From Kiritimatiellia bacterium (GTDB lineage: Bacteria; Verrucomicrobiota; Kiritimatiellia; JAAZAB01): 64,000 nt of DNA. The DNA lies in the NCBI GenBank assembly GCA_040767085.1, contig JAXGPF010000011.1, positions 161,369-225,368 of the forward strand, read 5' to 3'. A model generated the notes under the pieces. The model was given only the letters and a program-made list of their open reading frames with translations, searched no databases and was not told where the DNA came from. A program made the translations under genes and the position numbers. This document shows, in pieces, positions 31,466-43,108 of this stretch (the first letter of the stretch is position 1; every line of letters starts with the position of its first letter).

Positions 31466-32243
31466 TCAGACAGTCGCCCGGGAAATCCACATCCATGGTG
31501 AACATTGGGCGCAATTGTACGACGGGTATTTCTCTGACACCCGGGCCGCCCGCGAATATGTCGCCGCCATCATCCGGACGGCGCTGGCCCAGCCGCCCGC
31601 CGCGATTATTGACCTGGGCGGCGGCACGGGATTTATTCTGGAACAACTTGTGGCAGAAGGGATTCCGGAAAATGTCCGGCTGGTGAACATTGATGAATCG
31701 GCTTCCCAACTGGCCATGTGCCGGCATCCGCGCATTAAAACTCTGGCAGGCGCCATCCAGTCCTTCCGGCGCGAGGAAATTGTTAAAGCTGACGAACGCC
31801 TGATGGTTGTTTGCCGATCGGTGCTGCATTACGGCGGCATTGCCAGGCAGAAGCCCTGGCTGGCATTGGTGCGCGCGCAAATGCAGCCCGGCGAGTGGTT
31901 TGTGCATCAGTCCGGCTGCGCGAACGATCTTGAGGGGGCGCTGGCGCTGAACATTCTCTTTGAAATGGCCGGCGTGGACAAATGGATCCCGCACAAGGCG
32001 GCCTTGATCCGGCTGCTGCAGCAGGCGAAATTTGACATCGTGGAAGATTTTGCCATGTTGCCGCTGCAAATGCCGGCGGAAGTATTGAAAATGCGCTACC
32101 AAATTGCGCCGGGAACATTGGCGGACATCGAGACCGAACTCCGCCGCATTTGCGCCCGCCGGCCCGACCTGCTCTCATTCACTCCCGCCGGGTTCATTTT
32201 CAACTTCCCCTACCGGGTGTTTGTCTGCCAAGCCGGGCCATAG
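31458..32243 (+). CDS. Class I SAM-dependent methyltransferase
   Basis: IIDLGGGTG motif I; NIDES. Confidence 0.75.
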   Translation: MNDQTVAREIHIHGEHWAQLYDGYFSDTRAAREYVAAIIRTALAQPPAAIIDLGGGTGFILEQLVAEGIPENVRLVNIDESASQLAMCRHPRIKTLAGAIQSFRREEIVKADERLMVVCRSVLHYGGIARQKPWLALVRAQMQPGEWFVHQSGCANDLEGALALNILFEMAGVDKWIPHKAALIRLLQQAKFDIVEDFAMLPLQMPAEVLKMRYQIAPGTLADIETELRRICARRPDLLSFTPAGFIFNFPYRVFVCQAGP

Positions 32244-32247
32244 ACTG

Positions 32248-34173
32248 TTAATTCAGTGCCGATGGTCCGGCGCGGATGATAACTTCCAAAACGGCGATAT
32301 CCGCGGGATTGACCCCTGGTATGCGGCCCGCCTGACCCAGATTCCGCGGCTGGATTTTTTTCAATTTCTGGCGCGACTCAAACCGCAGCGACTTGATCCG
32401 GTCATAATCTACCCACGCCGGTATTTCATGATTTTCCATGGTCCTTGACCTGGCCAGGTTGATTTTTTCGCGCTCAATGTATCCGGCGTATTTAATTGTT
32501 GTTTCTATTTGGTTAGCAATATGTTGCGATATGTTAGCGTTAATGCTTGGTAAATCGTAATAATTTTTACCAGGATGGCACAAGGTTTGTGCAAGCGTAT
32601 TGTTACCAGAAAAGGTTTTGTTTAAACGCAGAATTTCATTTTCAATCAACGTTTTTTCTGTCTTGATGGCTGCGATCTCGTGGTGATCAATGATACCGGC
32701 TTTTTCGGCCAGTTCAACCAAACGGTATTTAGCATTATCCTGCCGCAATGAAAGGCGGTATTCCGCGCGCGAGGTGAACATCCGGTAAGGTTCATCCACC
32801 CCCTTCGTCACCAGGTCGTCAATCAAAATACCAATATATCCCTCGAAACGATTAACAACCAATGGCGGCCTTTTTAAAATCATGTTTGCAGCGTTAATAC
32901 CGGCTATGATCCCTTGTGCAGCGGCTTCTTCATAGCCGGTGGTCCCATTGATCTGCCCGGTAATAAACAGGTTTTTAACAGCCTTGGATTCCAGCGTGTG
33001 TTGCAATTGGCGGGGATCAGCAAAATCATATTCAATGGCATACCCCGGCCTGGTCATCACCGCATTCTCCAATCCCGGGATCGAATGCACCATTTCAAGT
33101 TGAACAGATTCCGGCAAACTATTGGAGATGCCGTTGGGATAGACTTCCAGGCAGTCGCGTCCTTCCGGTTCAATGAAAACATGGTGGGATGTTCTGGCCG
33201 GGAATTTAACGATTTTATCCTCAATCGAAGGACAGTAACGAACCCCCGTGCCGGAAATCAGGCCGCCGTAAAGTGCGCTGTCGGGGAGGTTCGTCCTGAT
33301 GATTTCGTGTGTTTGTTCTGTGGTATGGGTCAAATAACAAGGAATTTGGTTTGTTCCGGGCGCCCATGGACGCATGCTGGATTCAAATTGTTCCACGTGG
33401 AACATTTTTTTTAAGAAGACATCCAAATCTGATTTCTGCCTGTTTTGTTCCACGTGGAACATTTTATCCTGCCTGGCTGCCTGGGAAAAGAAGGCTGGCG
33501 GAATAATTCCCTGCTGGATAGTGGTTTTATCATAGTCGATCGAGTTCTTATCCAAGCGCGGCGGTGTTCCAGTCTTAAATCTGGCAATGCTGATGCCGTG
33601 GTTGGCCAGCGATGCGGTCAACTGACTGTTGGCTGGTTCGCCATGTCTTCCGCCTGGTTCAGAATGTTGGCCAATGAAAATTTTGCCTCCCAGGAAGGTC
33701 CCGGGCGCCAGGATAACGATTTTGGCTGGTATTTCGGTGGTTTCATCAATGCAAACTCCCTTTAAGTTGCCGTTTTCGGAAATAATCCCGGTGACGTTGC
33801 CTGGAAACAATTCCAGGTTGGGAGTGTGCCGGAGAGTAGCCAGCATTCTGTTGGAAAAACATGCTTTATCGCATTGAACGCGAGTAGCCTGAACTGCCGG
33901 TCCTTTGCGCGTGTTTAACATCCGAAATTGAATTCCGGTGTAATCCGTGTTCCTGCCAATTTCGCCGCCCAGCGCGTCGATCTCACTTACCAAGTGTGAT
34001 TTTGCAATTCCTCCAATGGCAGGATTGCAGGACATCCGGGCGATGGCGCTGAGATCGTTTGTGATTAAAAGCGTTTTTACACCCATGCGGGCCGCAGCCA
34101 GGGCCGCCTCGCAACCGGCGTGACCCGCTCCGACTACAATAATTTCGTGCTTCTGTGTATTAGCGTAAGTCAT
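32248..34173 (-). CDS. mnmG: tRNA uridine-5-carboxymethylaminomethyl modification enzyme MnmG
   Basis: [41 protein letters not shown] motifs. Confidence 0.98.
   Translation of the reverse strand: MTYANTQKHEIIVVGAGHAGCEAALAAARMGVKTLLITNDLSAIARMSCNPAIGGIAKSHLVSEIDALGGEIGRNTDYTGIQFRMLNTRKGPAVQATRVQCDKACFSNRMLATLRHTPNLELFPGNVTGIISENGNLKGVCIDETTEIPAKIVILAPGTFLGGKIFIGQHSEPGGRHGEPANSQLTASLANHGISIARFKTGTPPRLDKNSIDYDKTTIQQGIIPPAFFSQAARQDKMFHVEQNRQKSDLDVFLKKMFHVEQFESSMRPWAPGTNQIPCYLTHTTEQTHEIIRTNLPDSALYGGLISGTGVRYCPSIEDKIVKFPARTSHHVFIEPEGRDCLEVYPNGISNSLPESVQLEMVHSIPGLENAVMTRPGYAIEYDFADPRQLQHTLESKAVKNLFITGQINGTTGYEEAAAQGIIAGINAANMILKRPPLVVNRFEGYIGILIDDLVTKGVDEPYRMFTSRAEYRLSLRQDNAKYRLVELAEKAGIIDHHEIAAIKTEKTLIENEILRLNKTFSGNNTLAQTLCHPGKNYYDLPSINANISQHIANQIETTIKYAGYIEREKINLARSRTMENHEIPAWVDYDRIKSLRFESRQKLKKIQPRNLGQAGRIPGVNPADIAVLEVIIRAGPSALN
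33389..33404. promoter_or_regulatory. parS site
   Basis: Perfect palindrome TGTTCCACGTGGAACA. Confidence 0.85.
33446..33461. promoter_or_regulatory. parS site
   Basis: Second perfect TGTTCCACGTGGAACA, 57 bp from the first. Confidence 0.85.
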
Positions 34174-34769
34174 TGATTGTCATGCATATACAATACTTTT
34201 TTGGGAAGAGATTTTTCCAAATAGCACCTCGTTTTGCCGCAAAATGCACGAGGAGCACAAAATATTTCGTTACCACAACATATATTTTAAGGGGCAGATC
34301 CTTGAGGCGGCCTGTGTCTGGTTTTGTAGCGCATCATACGCCCAGGCTCTTAAAAACACAAGCGCCGGCCGGGGAACCTTGGCGCCGGTGCAGCGCCAGC
34401 TACTCTCAGGTGGACGGCTTTATTATTTTTAAATCGAGCCAATTTTTAAAGCTGCGGACGGCGTAGAAGTCGTCCCCCACAAAAAAGCGGGGGAGGGCTT
34501 TAGGCCGGGGCGCTAAAATCAATTTCAAAAGTCGTCCGACGGGCTTGTTCCGCCGGCGGCGGACAGCCCGCCGGAGACCAAGGTTATGCAAGGCGCCACA
34601 TGTTGTTAAAAACAACACATTTTGTTTTTGCATAACCTTTCGCTCCTGCCACGCAAGGCGGCAGGGGGCGGCTTTTGAAATTTGCTCGCTAATATATTTG
34701 AAAGCGTAAAGGTTTTGGCTTATTATCCATCACAAGTGCAGAGTGGTTTTTTGATCCAATTTCACTGTC

Positions 34770-34830
34770 ATCCCATGGATATTATTTATCACCTGAAAAC
34801 GACAATATTCTTCAAGATAAATGGTGATTG
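34770..34830. repeat. Dispersed 61-bp repeat, inverted copy of 16498-16558
   Basis: ATCCCATGGATATTATTTATCACCTGAAAACG...; about 55/61 identity by hand. Confidence 0.75.
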
Positions 34831-35001
34831 CTTATAATCTTAAATTCCTGGTTTTTATGAGATCGGTATCGCTATCGGGATCGATACTAATAGGGTGATG
34901 TGAATCTATTTTGTTGCCTGCGTGATGCTGTTGTGTCTGCTTAAATGATATATATACGCGCGGCCAAAGGCGCCGGGCGGCAATACTGGAAGGAATAAGG
35001 T

Positions 35002-35535
35002 ATGGCGCAAGCAAAGAACAAGTGCGTGTTTTTTGACCGCGACGGCATCGTCAACATTTCCCCGGGCGCCGGGTATGTTACCCGCCGCGAGGATTTCCAT
35101 ATATTCCCGCAATTTGTAGAGTGTCTGCGCATAGCTTCGGCGCGGGGTTATCGGGCCGCCATTGTAACCAACCAGCGCGGCATAGCGCAGGGAATGTTTT
35201 CCGCGGCCACGCTGGAAGGGATACATTCCGCCCTGCGCGCGGAGCTGCGCCAACGCGGCGCGCCGGCCTTGCTCGACATCGAATATTGCCCGCATCAGCC
35301 CGGCGAATGCGATTGCCGCAAACCTTTACCGGGAATGCTTATCAAGCTTGCCGTCCGGCATAACATCAACCTTGCCGCCTCGTGGATGGTCGGCGACATG
35401 GAGACGGACGTGGAAGCGGGCCGGCGCGCGGGATGCCGGACTATCCTGGTAACCCCCGGGGAAACCATCACCGCGGCGGATTGCCGGGTGGCCGCCATGG
35501 AATTGCTGCCGGACCTGCTAAAAAAAGTATTGTGA
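35002..35535 (+). CDS. gmhB: HAD-IIIA phosphatase, GmhB-like
   Basis: FFDRDG, VTNQRG, CPH...CDCRKP, MVGD motifs. Confidence 0.8.
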   Translation: MAQAKNKCVFFDRDGIVNISPGAGYVTRREDFHIFPQFVECLRIASARGYRAAIVTNQRGIAQGMFSAATLEGIHSALRAELRQRGAPALLDIEYCPHQPGECDCRKPLPGMLIKLAVRHNINLAASWMVGDMETDVEAGRRAGCRTILVTPGETITAADCRVAAMELLPDLLKKVL

Positions 35536-35659
35536 CCTTGCGGCCGGCGCCTTCCACTTTTTTCTTCCGTTCACGTACCTGTTGCGTGAACGTAAGTGAA
35601 CGTTATGGTGGGACGTGGACGTGACCGGGGAACGCACGGGCCGCCGGGATCAGGCGCTT

Positions 35660-36781
35660 TTACATCGGTGAACCGGCGGTGCCTGGCAGGACCATGACAT
35701 CCGCCGGCTCGGCCTGGATATAAACGGCGGCGCCGGCGGGCAGCGGCGGGGCATCGGCGGGAGCGGCGGCGCGCAGGGTCAGGCCGCCGTCCAGGGCCAG
35801 CCAATATTCAATGACGTGGCCGTAATACAAAGTTTCCCTTACAGCCGCCCGGAAAATGTTGCCGCGGCTGCCGGCGTCCGGGGGCGGGGTTGGCAGCAGG
35901 CGGATACGCTCGGGCCGCACGCAGATTGTGGCGGCTTGCCCCGGCTGGAATGACAAATCCGCGCCGGCCGGCCGGCCCGTCCAGGCGGCCGCCGGGTCTG
36001 GGCCGCTGGCGGTAACGCGCAACCGGCCGGCGCCGGGTACGCCGGCGATCCGGCCGGGGATCAGGTTGGCGCCGCCGATGAAGTCGGCAACAAACCGGCT
36101 GCGCGGATGTTCGTACAGGTCCGCCGGCCGGCCAATTTGGGCGATTTGGCCTTCCTGCAGGATGGCGCAGCGATCGGCCATGCTGAGAGCCTCCTGCTGA
36201 TCGTGTGTGACATAGACGGCGGTGATGCCGGATTGCTTGATCAAGCGCCGGATTTCAACGCGCATTTCCTGGCGCAGTTTGGCGTCGAGGTTGGACAAAG
36301 GTTCATCCAGCAGCAGGCAAGCGGGCTGCACCACCAGGGCGCGCGCCAGGGCCGCTCTTTGCTGCTGGCCGCCGGAAAGTTGGGCGGGCCGGCGGGCTGC
36401 CAGCGCTCCGAGCTGCATGGCCTCCATCATTGCTTGCACCCGCCGGTCGCGTTCAGCCCGGGGCGTTTTGCGGCCGGGGACGGTCAGCCCGAAGGCGATA
36501 TTCTCGGCCACGGTCATGTGCGGCCACAAGGCGTAATTTTGAAAGACCATCGCGGCCTGGCGGCGGTGCGGCGGCAGATCGTTCACGTTGGCGCCATCGA
36601 AATAAATGACGCCGGCATCCGGCTGATAAAATCCGGCAATCAATCGCAGCAGGGTGGTTTTACCGCAACCGGAAGGACCGAGCAGGAAAAACATTTCGCC
36701 GTTGGCGATCTCGATCGACACCCGGTTTAAAGCCGTGACTTCGCCGAACTTTTTCGTAACGGCTTCCAGCAGTATTTTCAC
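35660..36781 (-). CDS. ABC transporter ATP-binding protein (PotA/FbpC-like)
   Basis: GPSGCGKTT, LSGGQQQR, LLDEP motifs; TOBE-like tail. Confidence 0.9.
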   Translation of the reverse strand: MKILLEAVTKKFGEVTALNRVSIEIANGEMFFLLGPSGCGKTTLLRLIAGFYQPDAGVIYFDGANVNDLPPHRRQAAMVFQNYALWPHMTVAENIAFGLTVPGRKTPRAERDRRVQAMMEAMQLGALAARRPAQLSGGQQQRAALARALVVQPACLLLDEPLSNLDAKLRQEMRVEIRRLIKQSGITAVYVTHDQQEALSMADRCAILQEGQIAQIGRPADLYEHPRSRFVADFIGGANLIPGRIAGVPGAGRLRVTASGPDPAAAWTGRPAGADLSFQPGQAATICVRPERIRLLPTPPPDAGSRGNIFRAAVRETLYYGHVIEYWLALDGGLTLRAAAPADAPPLPAGAAVYIQAEPADVMVLPGTAGSPM

Positions 36782-36797
36782 AATCCCACCGTCCGTT

Positions 36798-38591
36798 TCA
36801 GGCGGCCGCGCCGGCGCGCGCGGCTTTGAGCGCCGCGCGTTTTTTATTGATCAACTGCTGGGCGATCATGATGCACTGGTTGGTGGTCCAGTAAAGCACC
36901 AGGGCCGAGGGCATCATGTAAAACATCACCAACATCATGATCGGCATGAAAACCAGCATGATACGCTGCTGGCTGCTATCCGCGGTGGGCATGAGTTTCT
37001 GCTGCCAGGCCATCGTGACGGCCATGATGATCGGCAGGATATTCAAGGGGATGGGCAGCAAATCGGCCAGCAATCTTTCCGGCTCGCTCAAGTCCTTGAT
37101 CCACAGGAACTCGGCAAATCGCAGCTCGATGGCGCTCCGCAGCACGACGAATAACGCGATAAACACCGGAATCTGGATTACCATGGGCAGGCAGCCGCCC
37201 ATGGGATTTACCTTGTGTTTCCGGTACAATTCCATGGTTTCCGCCTGCATTTTCTTGGGGTTGTCCTTGTATTTCTGGCGGATTTCCGTCATTAACGGCT
37301 GCAAGGCCTGCATTTTTTTCATGCTTTCGGTGCTTTTATGCGTCAGCGGCCAGAAAAGGATGCGAATCAGTATGGTAAGGATAATGATGGCCACGCCATA
37401 ATTGGGCAGCAATTTAAAGGTGAAGTTGAGTACCGTCAGCAGGAATTTACACACGGGCGACCACATGCCGAATTCCATGACTTCTTCCTGTTTCATGCCG
37501 ATTTGACGCAGGATCGAGAATTTTTTAGGGCCGGCGTAATAGCGCAGCCGGCGCTCGAGCGCATCGCCCGGCCGGATCGTCACGGCCGGGAACACGATGG
37601 CGCCGGAGACGGCGGTAATTTCCGCCTTGCGCGGGCTGAGCGCGGGATTTTGCTGCTCGCCGGGGATCATGCGCCGTTGCGCCAGCAGCCGGTAGGCAGA
37701 GCCGGTGTTTTCGCGCGCCGGCACTAGGAGTTGGACGAAAAATTTATTCTTCGCCGCCACCCAGTCCACCGGGTTCGGCTGATACTGGTTGATGGAATCC
37801 GGCAAGGCGGCCATGTTTGGCGATTTGGCGGTGGAAAACATTTTGGGGATTTTTTTCGCCCAGTAAACCACGCCTTCGCCGCCAATGCTTTGCAGGACAT
37901 CTACTCCCAGAAATTCGGCTTCGCGCGGGTCGCCGGTAATGCCGCCCATGTAACCGAGCTGGATTTCATGTTCCGGCAGGGCCAGGGGGACGGTCCCGGA
38001 GTTGGTAAAGACGTCCACGACCTCCATTTGATAATTTTCCGCCAGCGTGCAGGTCCGGATGAATTTCCAGCCGGCAGCGGTCGTTTTTTCAAAGCGGATC
38101 ACGTCCGGATTGGCGGGGGTGTACCGGATTTCAAAATCGGCATCCCCGTCGATTTCTGGCAATCCCGCGTAAATCAGGGCTGGGCTGTTCGAGAAATCCA
38201 GCAATACCGGCGGACTGCTTGCCGCAATGGCCTGGCGATAATTCAGCAATTCCGTGGAAATAATGCCGGCGCCGTAAGAGGAAAGCGTCAGCGCCATTTC
38301 TCCGTTGCGCAGAATTTCAGTCTTGGCCGGGGCTCGCGGCGCGGCCGGGGCCGGGGAAGTTGGCTGGTCCGTCGGCGTAAGGGTGGGGGCAGCGGGCGCT
38401 GTCAATTTCTCGACAGCCGGGGAGATTGAGCGAGCGGGAGACTCCGCCTGCGCCAACTCGCCGGTTGGACCGAATGCTGCATCCGATGCCGGCAGTGGCG
38501 GCGCCGGGGGAAAAAAGCGGTTGTAAACCAGGGGCCAGGCAATCATCAATGCCAGCAAAACCATCACTATCAATAAATCTTGTTTTTTCAT
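36798..38591 (-). CDS. yidC: Membrane protein insertase YidC
   Basis: YAGPK, NPMGGCLP, FLWIKDLS, LVLYW motifs. Confidence 0.96.
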   Translation of the reverse strand: MKKQDLLIVMVLLALMIAWPLVYNRFFPPAPPLPASDAAFGPTGELAQAESPARSISPAVEKLTAPAAPTLTPTDQPTSPAPAAPRAPAKTEILRNGEMALTLSSYGAGIISTELLNYRQAIAASSPPVLLDFSNSPALIYAGLPEIDGDADFEIRYTPANPDVIRFEKTTAAGWKFIRTCTLAENYQMEVVDVFTNSGTVPLALPEHEIQLGYMGGITGDPREAEFLGVDVLQSIGGEGVVYWAKKIPKMFSTAKSPNMAALPDSINQYQPNPVDWVAAKNKFFVQLLVPARENTGSAYRLLAQRRMIPGEQQNPALSPRKAEITAVSGAIVFPAVTIRPGDALERRLRYYAGPKKFSILRQIGMKQEEVMEFGMWSPVCKFLLTVLNFTFKLLPNYGVAIIILTILIRILFWPLTHKSTESMKKMQALQPLMTEIRQKYKDNPKKMQAETMELYRKHKVNPMGGCLPMVIQIPVFIALFVVLRSAIELRFAEFLWIKDLSEPERLLADLLPIPLNILPIIMAVTMAWQQKLMPTADSSQQRIMLVFMPIMMLVMFYMMPSALVLYWTTNQCIMIAQQLINKKRAALKAARAGAAA

Positions 38592-38627
38592 GCCAAACCG
38601 CTTCCATTTAACAACTTATATCAAATA

Positions 38628-38861
38628 CCTGAATCCGTGATGAGGTCAGGATGCCGCAGATGCGCGGCGCGAAGGATGAAGCTGTATAAACATACCGCGA
38701 GTCCTTCGCAACAAAGCAGATTCGGCATAATGGCCTCACCCGCAGGGCGGTCTTTCCCGTCAAACAAAGTCGCGCATTTTTGGTGAAATTGTAAAAACGC
38801 CATAAATTGTTGTTTATTCATACGTTATCTTAACAACATAAAATCCCGTCACGGATTCAGG
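38628..38861. mobile_element. MITE (234 bp) with 5-bp TSD AAATA between yidD and yidC
   Basis: CCTGAATCCGTGA...TCACGGATTCAGG; AAATA at 38623-38627 and 38862-38866. Confidence 0.85.
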
Positions 38862-38867
38862 AAATAA

Positions 38868-39086
38868 TCAAGGCACGGGATCATATCCCCCGGGATGCAG
38901 GGGTTGGCATCGTAGCAAGCGCTTGACGCCCAACATGATGCCGGCAATTACGCCATGGCGTTCAACTGCCTCGCGGCAATAATCGGAACAGGATGGATAA
39001 AAACGGCAATGCTGCCCAAGCCAGGGCGAAACGTAAAACTTGTATCCCTTTAAAGTCTGCAATAACAGCAGTTTAGGTAAATTCAT
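38868..39086 (-). CDS. yidD: Membrane protein insertion efficiency factor YidD
   Basis: [21 protein letters not shown] motifs. Confidence 0.95.
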   Translation of the reverse strand: MNLPKLLLLQTLKGYKFYVSPWLGQHCRFYPSCSDYCREAVERHGVIAGIMLGVKRLLRCQPLHPGGYDPVP

Positions 39087-39508
39087 GGCGTAATTTCCCG
39101 ACTACTGTTTTGCGCGGTCGAAGTGGTGAGCCTGGTAAAAATTCCCGCCTGACGGGCCAGGGTTAATAATTCATTGCAAATTTCGCTGGCGCTGCCCTGA
39201 GCGATTCCGGCGCGAGCCAGTAAAATTACATCATAGGGGCCTGACAACTGGTGCCGGCAAAGGCGAAATGCCTCGCGCAGCCGGCGCTTTGCACGATTGC
39301 GCGCCACGGCGCCTCCCAGGCGCCGGCTGGCGACTACTCCCAGGCGCAATGACGCCCCCGGTCCGCTACGCAGACATAAAATCATGCGGCGCCCGGTATA
39401 ACGCTGCCGCTGATCCCGGCATTCCTCAAACAATCTGGAATGCGCCAGGCGCTGGCGGCGCGATAAACCGCACCGCTGAATGGTTTGGCGCGCATTCCCG
39501 CCGGGCAT
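39083..39508 (-). CDS. rnpA: Ribonuclease P protein component
   Basis: [27 protein letters not shown]. Confidence 0.93.
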   Translation of the reverse strand: MPGGNARQTIQRCGLSRRQRLAHSRLFEECRDQRQRYTGRRMILCLRSGPGASLRLGVVASRRLGGAVARNRAKRRLREAFRLCRHQLSGPYDVILLARAGIAQGSASEICNELLTLARQAGIFTRLTTSTAQNSSREITP

Positions 39509-39563
39509 GGCCGAAACACCCCCCCGTGCGTGCAGCAGTAACGCCGCGCGATTATCGAGCCGA

Positions 39564-39698
39564 TCAAACCGTCAACTTCGCCCGACCTTCACGGCGCCGG
39601 TTGGACAGGATTTTCCGACCCTCGGCCGTCGCCATCCGGGCGCGGAAACCGTGTTTGCGTTTGCGTTTTTTAACTGACGGCTGATATGTTCTTTTCAT
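39564..39698 (-). CDS. rpmH: 50S ribosomal protein L34
   Basis: Hand translation [44 protein letters not shown] (44 aa, below the ORF-track cutoff). Confidence 0.97.
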   Translation of the reverse strand: MKRTYQPSVKKRKRKHGFRARMATAEGRKILSNRRREGRAKLTV

Positions 39699-39966
39699 TC
39701 CTCACCTGATAAAAATCGGCGCTATTTCTGTCTTGAATCCGGGCAGTATATAATAATTACAGGGGCTGTCAAAGCTAAAAGCCACACAAGGCGGCCTGCC
39801 GCCACAATCTGTCATGGCTGGAGTTATGACAGACGCAGTCCGGCAGCCGCCGGCCCGCCAAGCCTTTTTTCATCAAGTCGGATGAATAATCTTTTTGACC
39901 TGACCGCCGGCTTTCGATATTCTGCGATTGATTCGTAGAACGCGGTTTTACATTGCTATGTATTAA

Positions 39967-40731
<765 letters not shown>

Positions 40732-40747
40732 CAGGAAAGGCGCCGCC

Positions 40748-41314
40748 ATGGCTACTACACTGGATGACGTATTGTTGGAAACCGACGACAAGATGAATAA
40801 ATCGGCGGATTTCCTGCGGCAGCAATTCGCCGGCCTGCGCACCGGCAAGGCCTCCGCCAGCCTGGTGGAAAACCTGACCGTGAGTTATTACGGCTCCAGC
40901 GTGCGGTTGCGCGAGCTGAGCAATATTTCCACGCCCGAAGCGCGCCTGATAGTAATTAACGCTTACGATCCCACGGCCCTGGGCGCGATGGAAAAAGCCA
41001 TTATTGCCGCCAACCTGGGCGTGACGCCCCTGAATGACGGCCGGGTGATCAGGATTCCCATCCCCGAGTTGAGCGAAGAACGCCGGAAGGAATTGATCAA
41101 GGTGGCGCGGCAGATGACGGAAAAAGCGCGCGTAGCCGTGCGCAGCATCCGCCAGGAAGCCAACGAGCAGGTCAAGTCGCTCCAAAAGGAAAGCACCATC
41201 ACGGAAGACGAGAAAAAACAGGGCTTGGAGACGATCCAGAAATATACCGACGATTATGTCGCCAAGCTGGAGCAGTTGCTGGCGGGCAAGGAAAAGGAAA
41301 TGTTGACTTTCTGA
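40748..41314 (+). CDS. frr: Ribosome recycling factor
   Basis: LRTGKAS, YYGS, PELSEERRKEL motifs. Confidence 0.97.
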   Translation: MATTLDDVLLETDDKMNKSADFLRQQFAGLRTGKASASLVENLTVSYYGSSVRLRELSNISTPEARLIVINAYDPTALGAMEKAIIAANLGVTPLNDGRVIRIPIPELSEERRKELIKVARQMTEKARVAVRSIRQEANEQVKSLQKESTITEDEKKQGLETIQKYTDDYVAKLEQLLAGKEKEMLTF

Positions 41315-41483
41315 TCCTGCGCGCCGCCGGAGTATGATCCCGCCCGGCGTCCGGCGCGCCTTGGCGGTATTTTTGTTTGACTTGCCGCCGGGGTTATTGA
41401 ATACTTTTAAAAAGGCCCGGGCTGCGGTTGTTTTCAGCCGGCACAGCCGCCGGGACAGCGGCGTTGGGCGGGAGGGATATGAC

Positions 41484-42545
41484 ATGACCGACGATACTAC
41501 GCCAAAACCACAGCCAATAAAAATCGAACTGCCGGATACGGGCCAGACCTCGCGGATTTCGCTGGAGGATGTGGCGCCGTCCAAGAGCCCGTTCGATCCG
41601 AAACGCATGACGTCGCCGCTGGCGGCGGGTGCGCCGGCGCAGACCATCCGTTTGAAAAAGCCTGCCACCGCGCCGGTGTTGTCCAAGTCGCCGACTGCGA
41701 ATATTACCGCGGCCGCCAGCGGCCAGGGATCCATCAAATCCAACACGACCATTATCCGCGAATTGCCGCGCGATCCCGACCTGGCCAAGCGCGAAACTTC
41801 CAGAATCATTCTGCGGGACATTATCCCCGCCGCCCCGTCGGCGGAAGCCAAACGCATCACGGCCCCTATTTCCGGCATACCGGTTTCCGCCACCGGCATT
41901 CCGCAGACCATCCGCTTGAAACGCCCGCCGACTTCTACGGTGTCGGCCAAGGCCCAGGATGCGGCGGGCGTGCCCACGCGCGCCCGGGCCGCCGGCGATG
42001 CGCGGCTCAAGTCGCAGACGTCGCGAGTCGTGCTGGATGACGCCATTAAAGCCAGCGCCGCCAGCGATGCCCGCTCCACCAGTCCTATCGCCGCCGCGCC
42101 GGCGGCCCAGCCGCAAACCATTCGCCTGAAACGTCCGGCCGATGCCCTGGCCGTCAAGACCGAGGCGGAAGCGGCCGCTGACGAAGGAGCGAAATCCAAG
42201 ACCGCGAAAATTGACCTGCCGCCCGCAGTGGCGGACGCCACCTCGCCGGCTTCGATCACCCAGCGCAAAACCATCAAGATCAAGCGCACGGAACGCAATG
42301 TTGCGCCGCACACCCTGGTGTTGAAGCGTTCCGCGGCGAAACCTGAGCCGGAGCCGGCTCCCGCCGAGGAAGCCCAGGCGGGAGCAGCGCCGGCCGTTGT
42401 GGCTCCGGCTCCGGCCGGACTGGGCTGGGCGTTTGCCGCCATCGCCGCCGCGGCCCTGGTCTGCGCCGCCGGGCTGGCCTATTTGACGGCGGCGCAAGCT
42501 TTCGGCCCGGAACTGCAATTGCCGGTGCCATCCTTCATTTTATGA
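41484..42545 (+). CDS. Low-complexity Ala/Pro-rich protein with repeated TxxI/L motifs and a C-terminal TM helix
   Basis: RBS GGAGGG; QTIRLKRP-type repeats; hydrophobic tail. Confidence 0.75.
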   Translation: MTDDTTPKPQPIKIELPDTGQTSRISLEDVAPSKSPFDPKRMTSPLAAGAPAQTIRLKKPATAPVLSKSPTANITAAASGQGSIKSNTTIIRELPRDPDLAKRETSRIILRDIIPAAPSAEAKRITAPISGIPVSATGIPQTIRLKRPPTSTVSAKAQDAAGVPTRARAAGDARLKSQTSRVVLDDAIKASAASDARSTSPIAAAPAAQPQTIRLKRPADALAVKTEAEAAADEGAKSKTAKIDLPPAVADATSPASITQRKTIKIKRTERNVAPHTLVLKRSAAKPEPEPAPAEEAQAGAAPAVVAPAPAGLGWAFAAIAAAALVCAAGLAYLTAAQAFGPELQLPVPSFIL

Positions 42546-42572
42546 ACATCCAAGCACAGGAGACGCGAGAAC

Positions 42573-42902
42573 ATGGCCGGGAAAAACATAATTAATTTGT
42601 CTCAGGAAAACTGGCAGAATGAAGTGGTGAATTCCACCCTGCCGGTGCTGGTGGATTTTTGGGCGGAATGGTGCGGTCCCTGCAAGATGCTGGCGCCGGT
42701 GCTGGAAGAGCTGGCCGGCGAGCTGCAGGGGAAAATGAAGATTGCCAAGGTCAATATCGACGAAAACCAGGGCCTGGCCACGCAATTCCATATCCGTTCG
42801 ATCCCGACGTTGTTGGTGTTGAAAGGCGGCGCCGTGCAGGAACAGATGGTCGGCGCCATGCGCAAGGCCGATCTGATGGCCAAGCTGGCGGCTTATCTGT
42901 AA
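42573..42902 (+). CDS. trxA: Thioredoxin
   Basis: WCGPC active site. Confidence 0.97.
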   Translation: MAGKNIINLSQENWQNEVVNSTLPVLVDFWAEWCGPCKMLAPVLEELAGELQGKMKIAKVNIDENQGLATQFHIRSIPTLLVLKGGAVQEQMVGAMRKADLMAKLAAYL

Positions 42903-43108
42903 GCCTGGACTGCGCGAATGCAGAGCGCACTGCCGCGCGGTCGCCGTCCGCCGTTCCGCCGTGTAAGCCGGTCTGGCCGCCCCGCCGCGCGGACTCAGCC
43001 GCGCCGGCGCAGGAAATAATGCGTTCCGGCTGATTTCAGGCTTGTCTTTTCGCCAAGTCTATTATAAACATCAGCCGCTTGAAACGCAACGCAACCAGAG
43101 GAGCCAAA

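Noticed and set aside
34254-34290. NrdR-like words upstream of mnmG
   Set aside because: Weak matches with the wrong spacing.
35568-35625. CGTTCACG/CGTGAACG repeats as a parS site
   Set aside because: Not a 16-bp parS palindrome; more likely a hairpin or degenerate repeat between convergent genes.
38621-38821. 66-aa ORF between yidD and yidC
   Set aside because: Lies within the MITE and reads through its terminal repeat.
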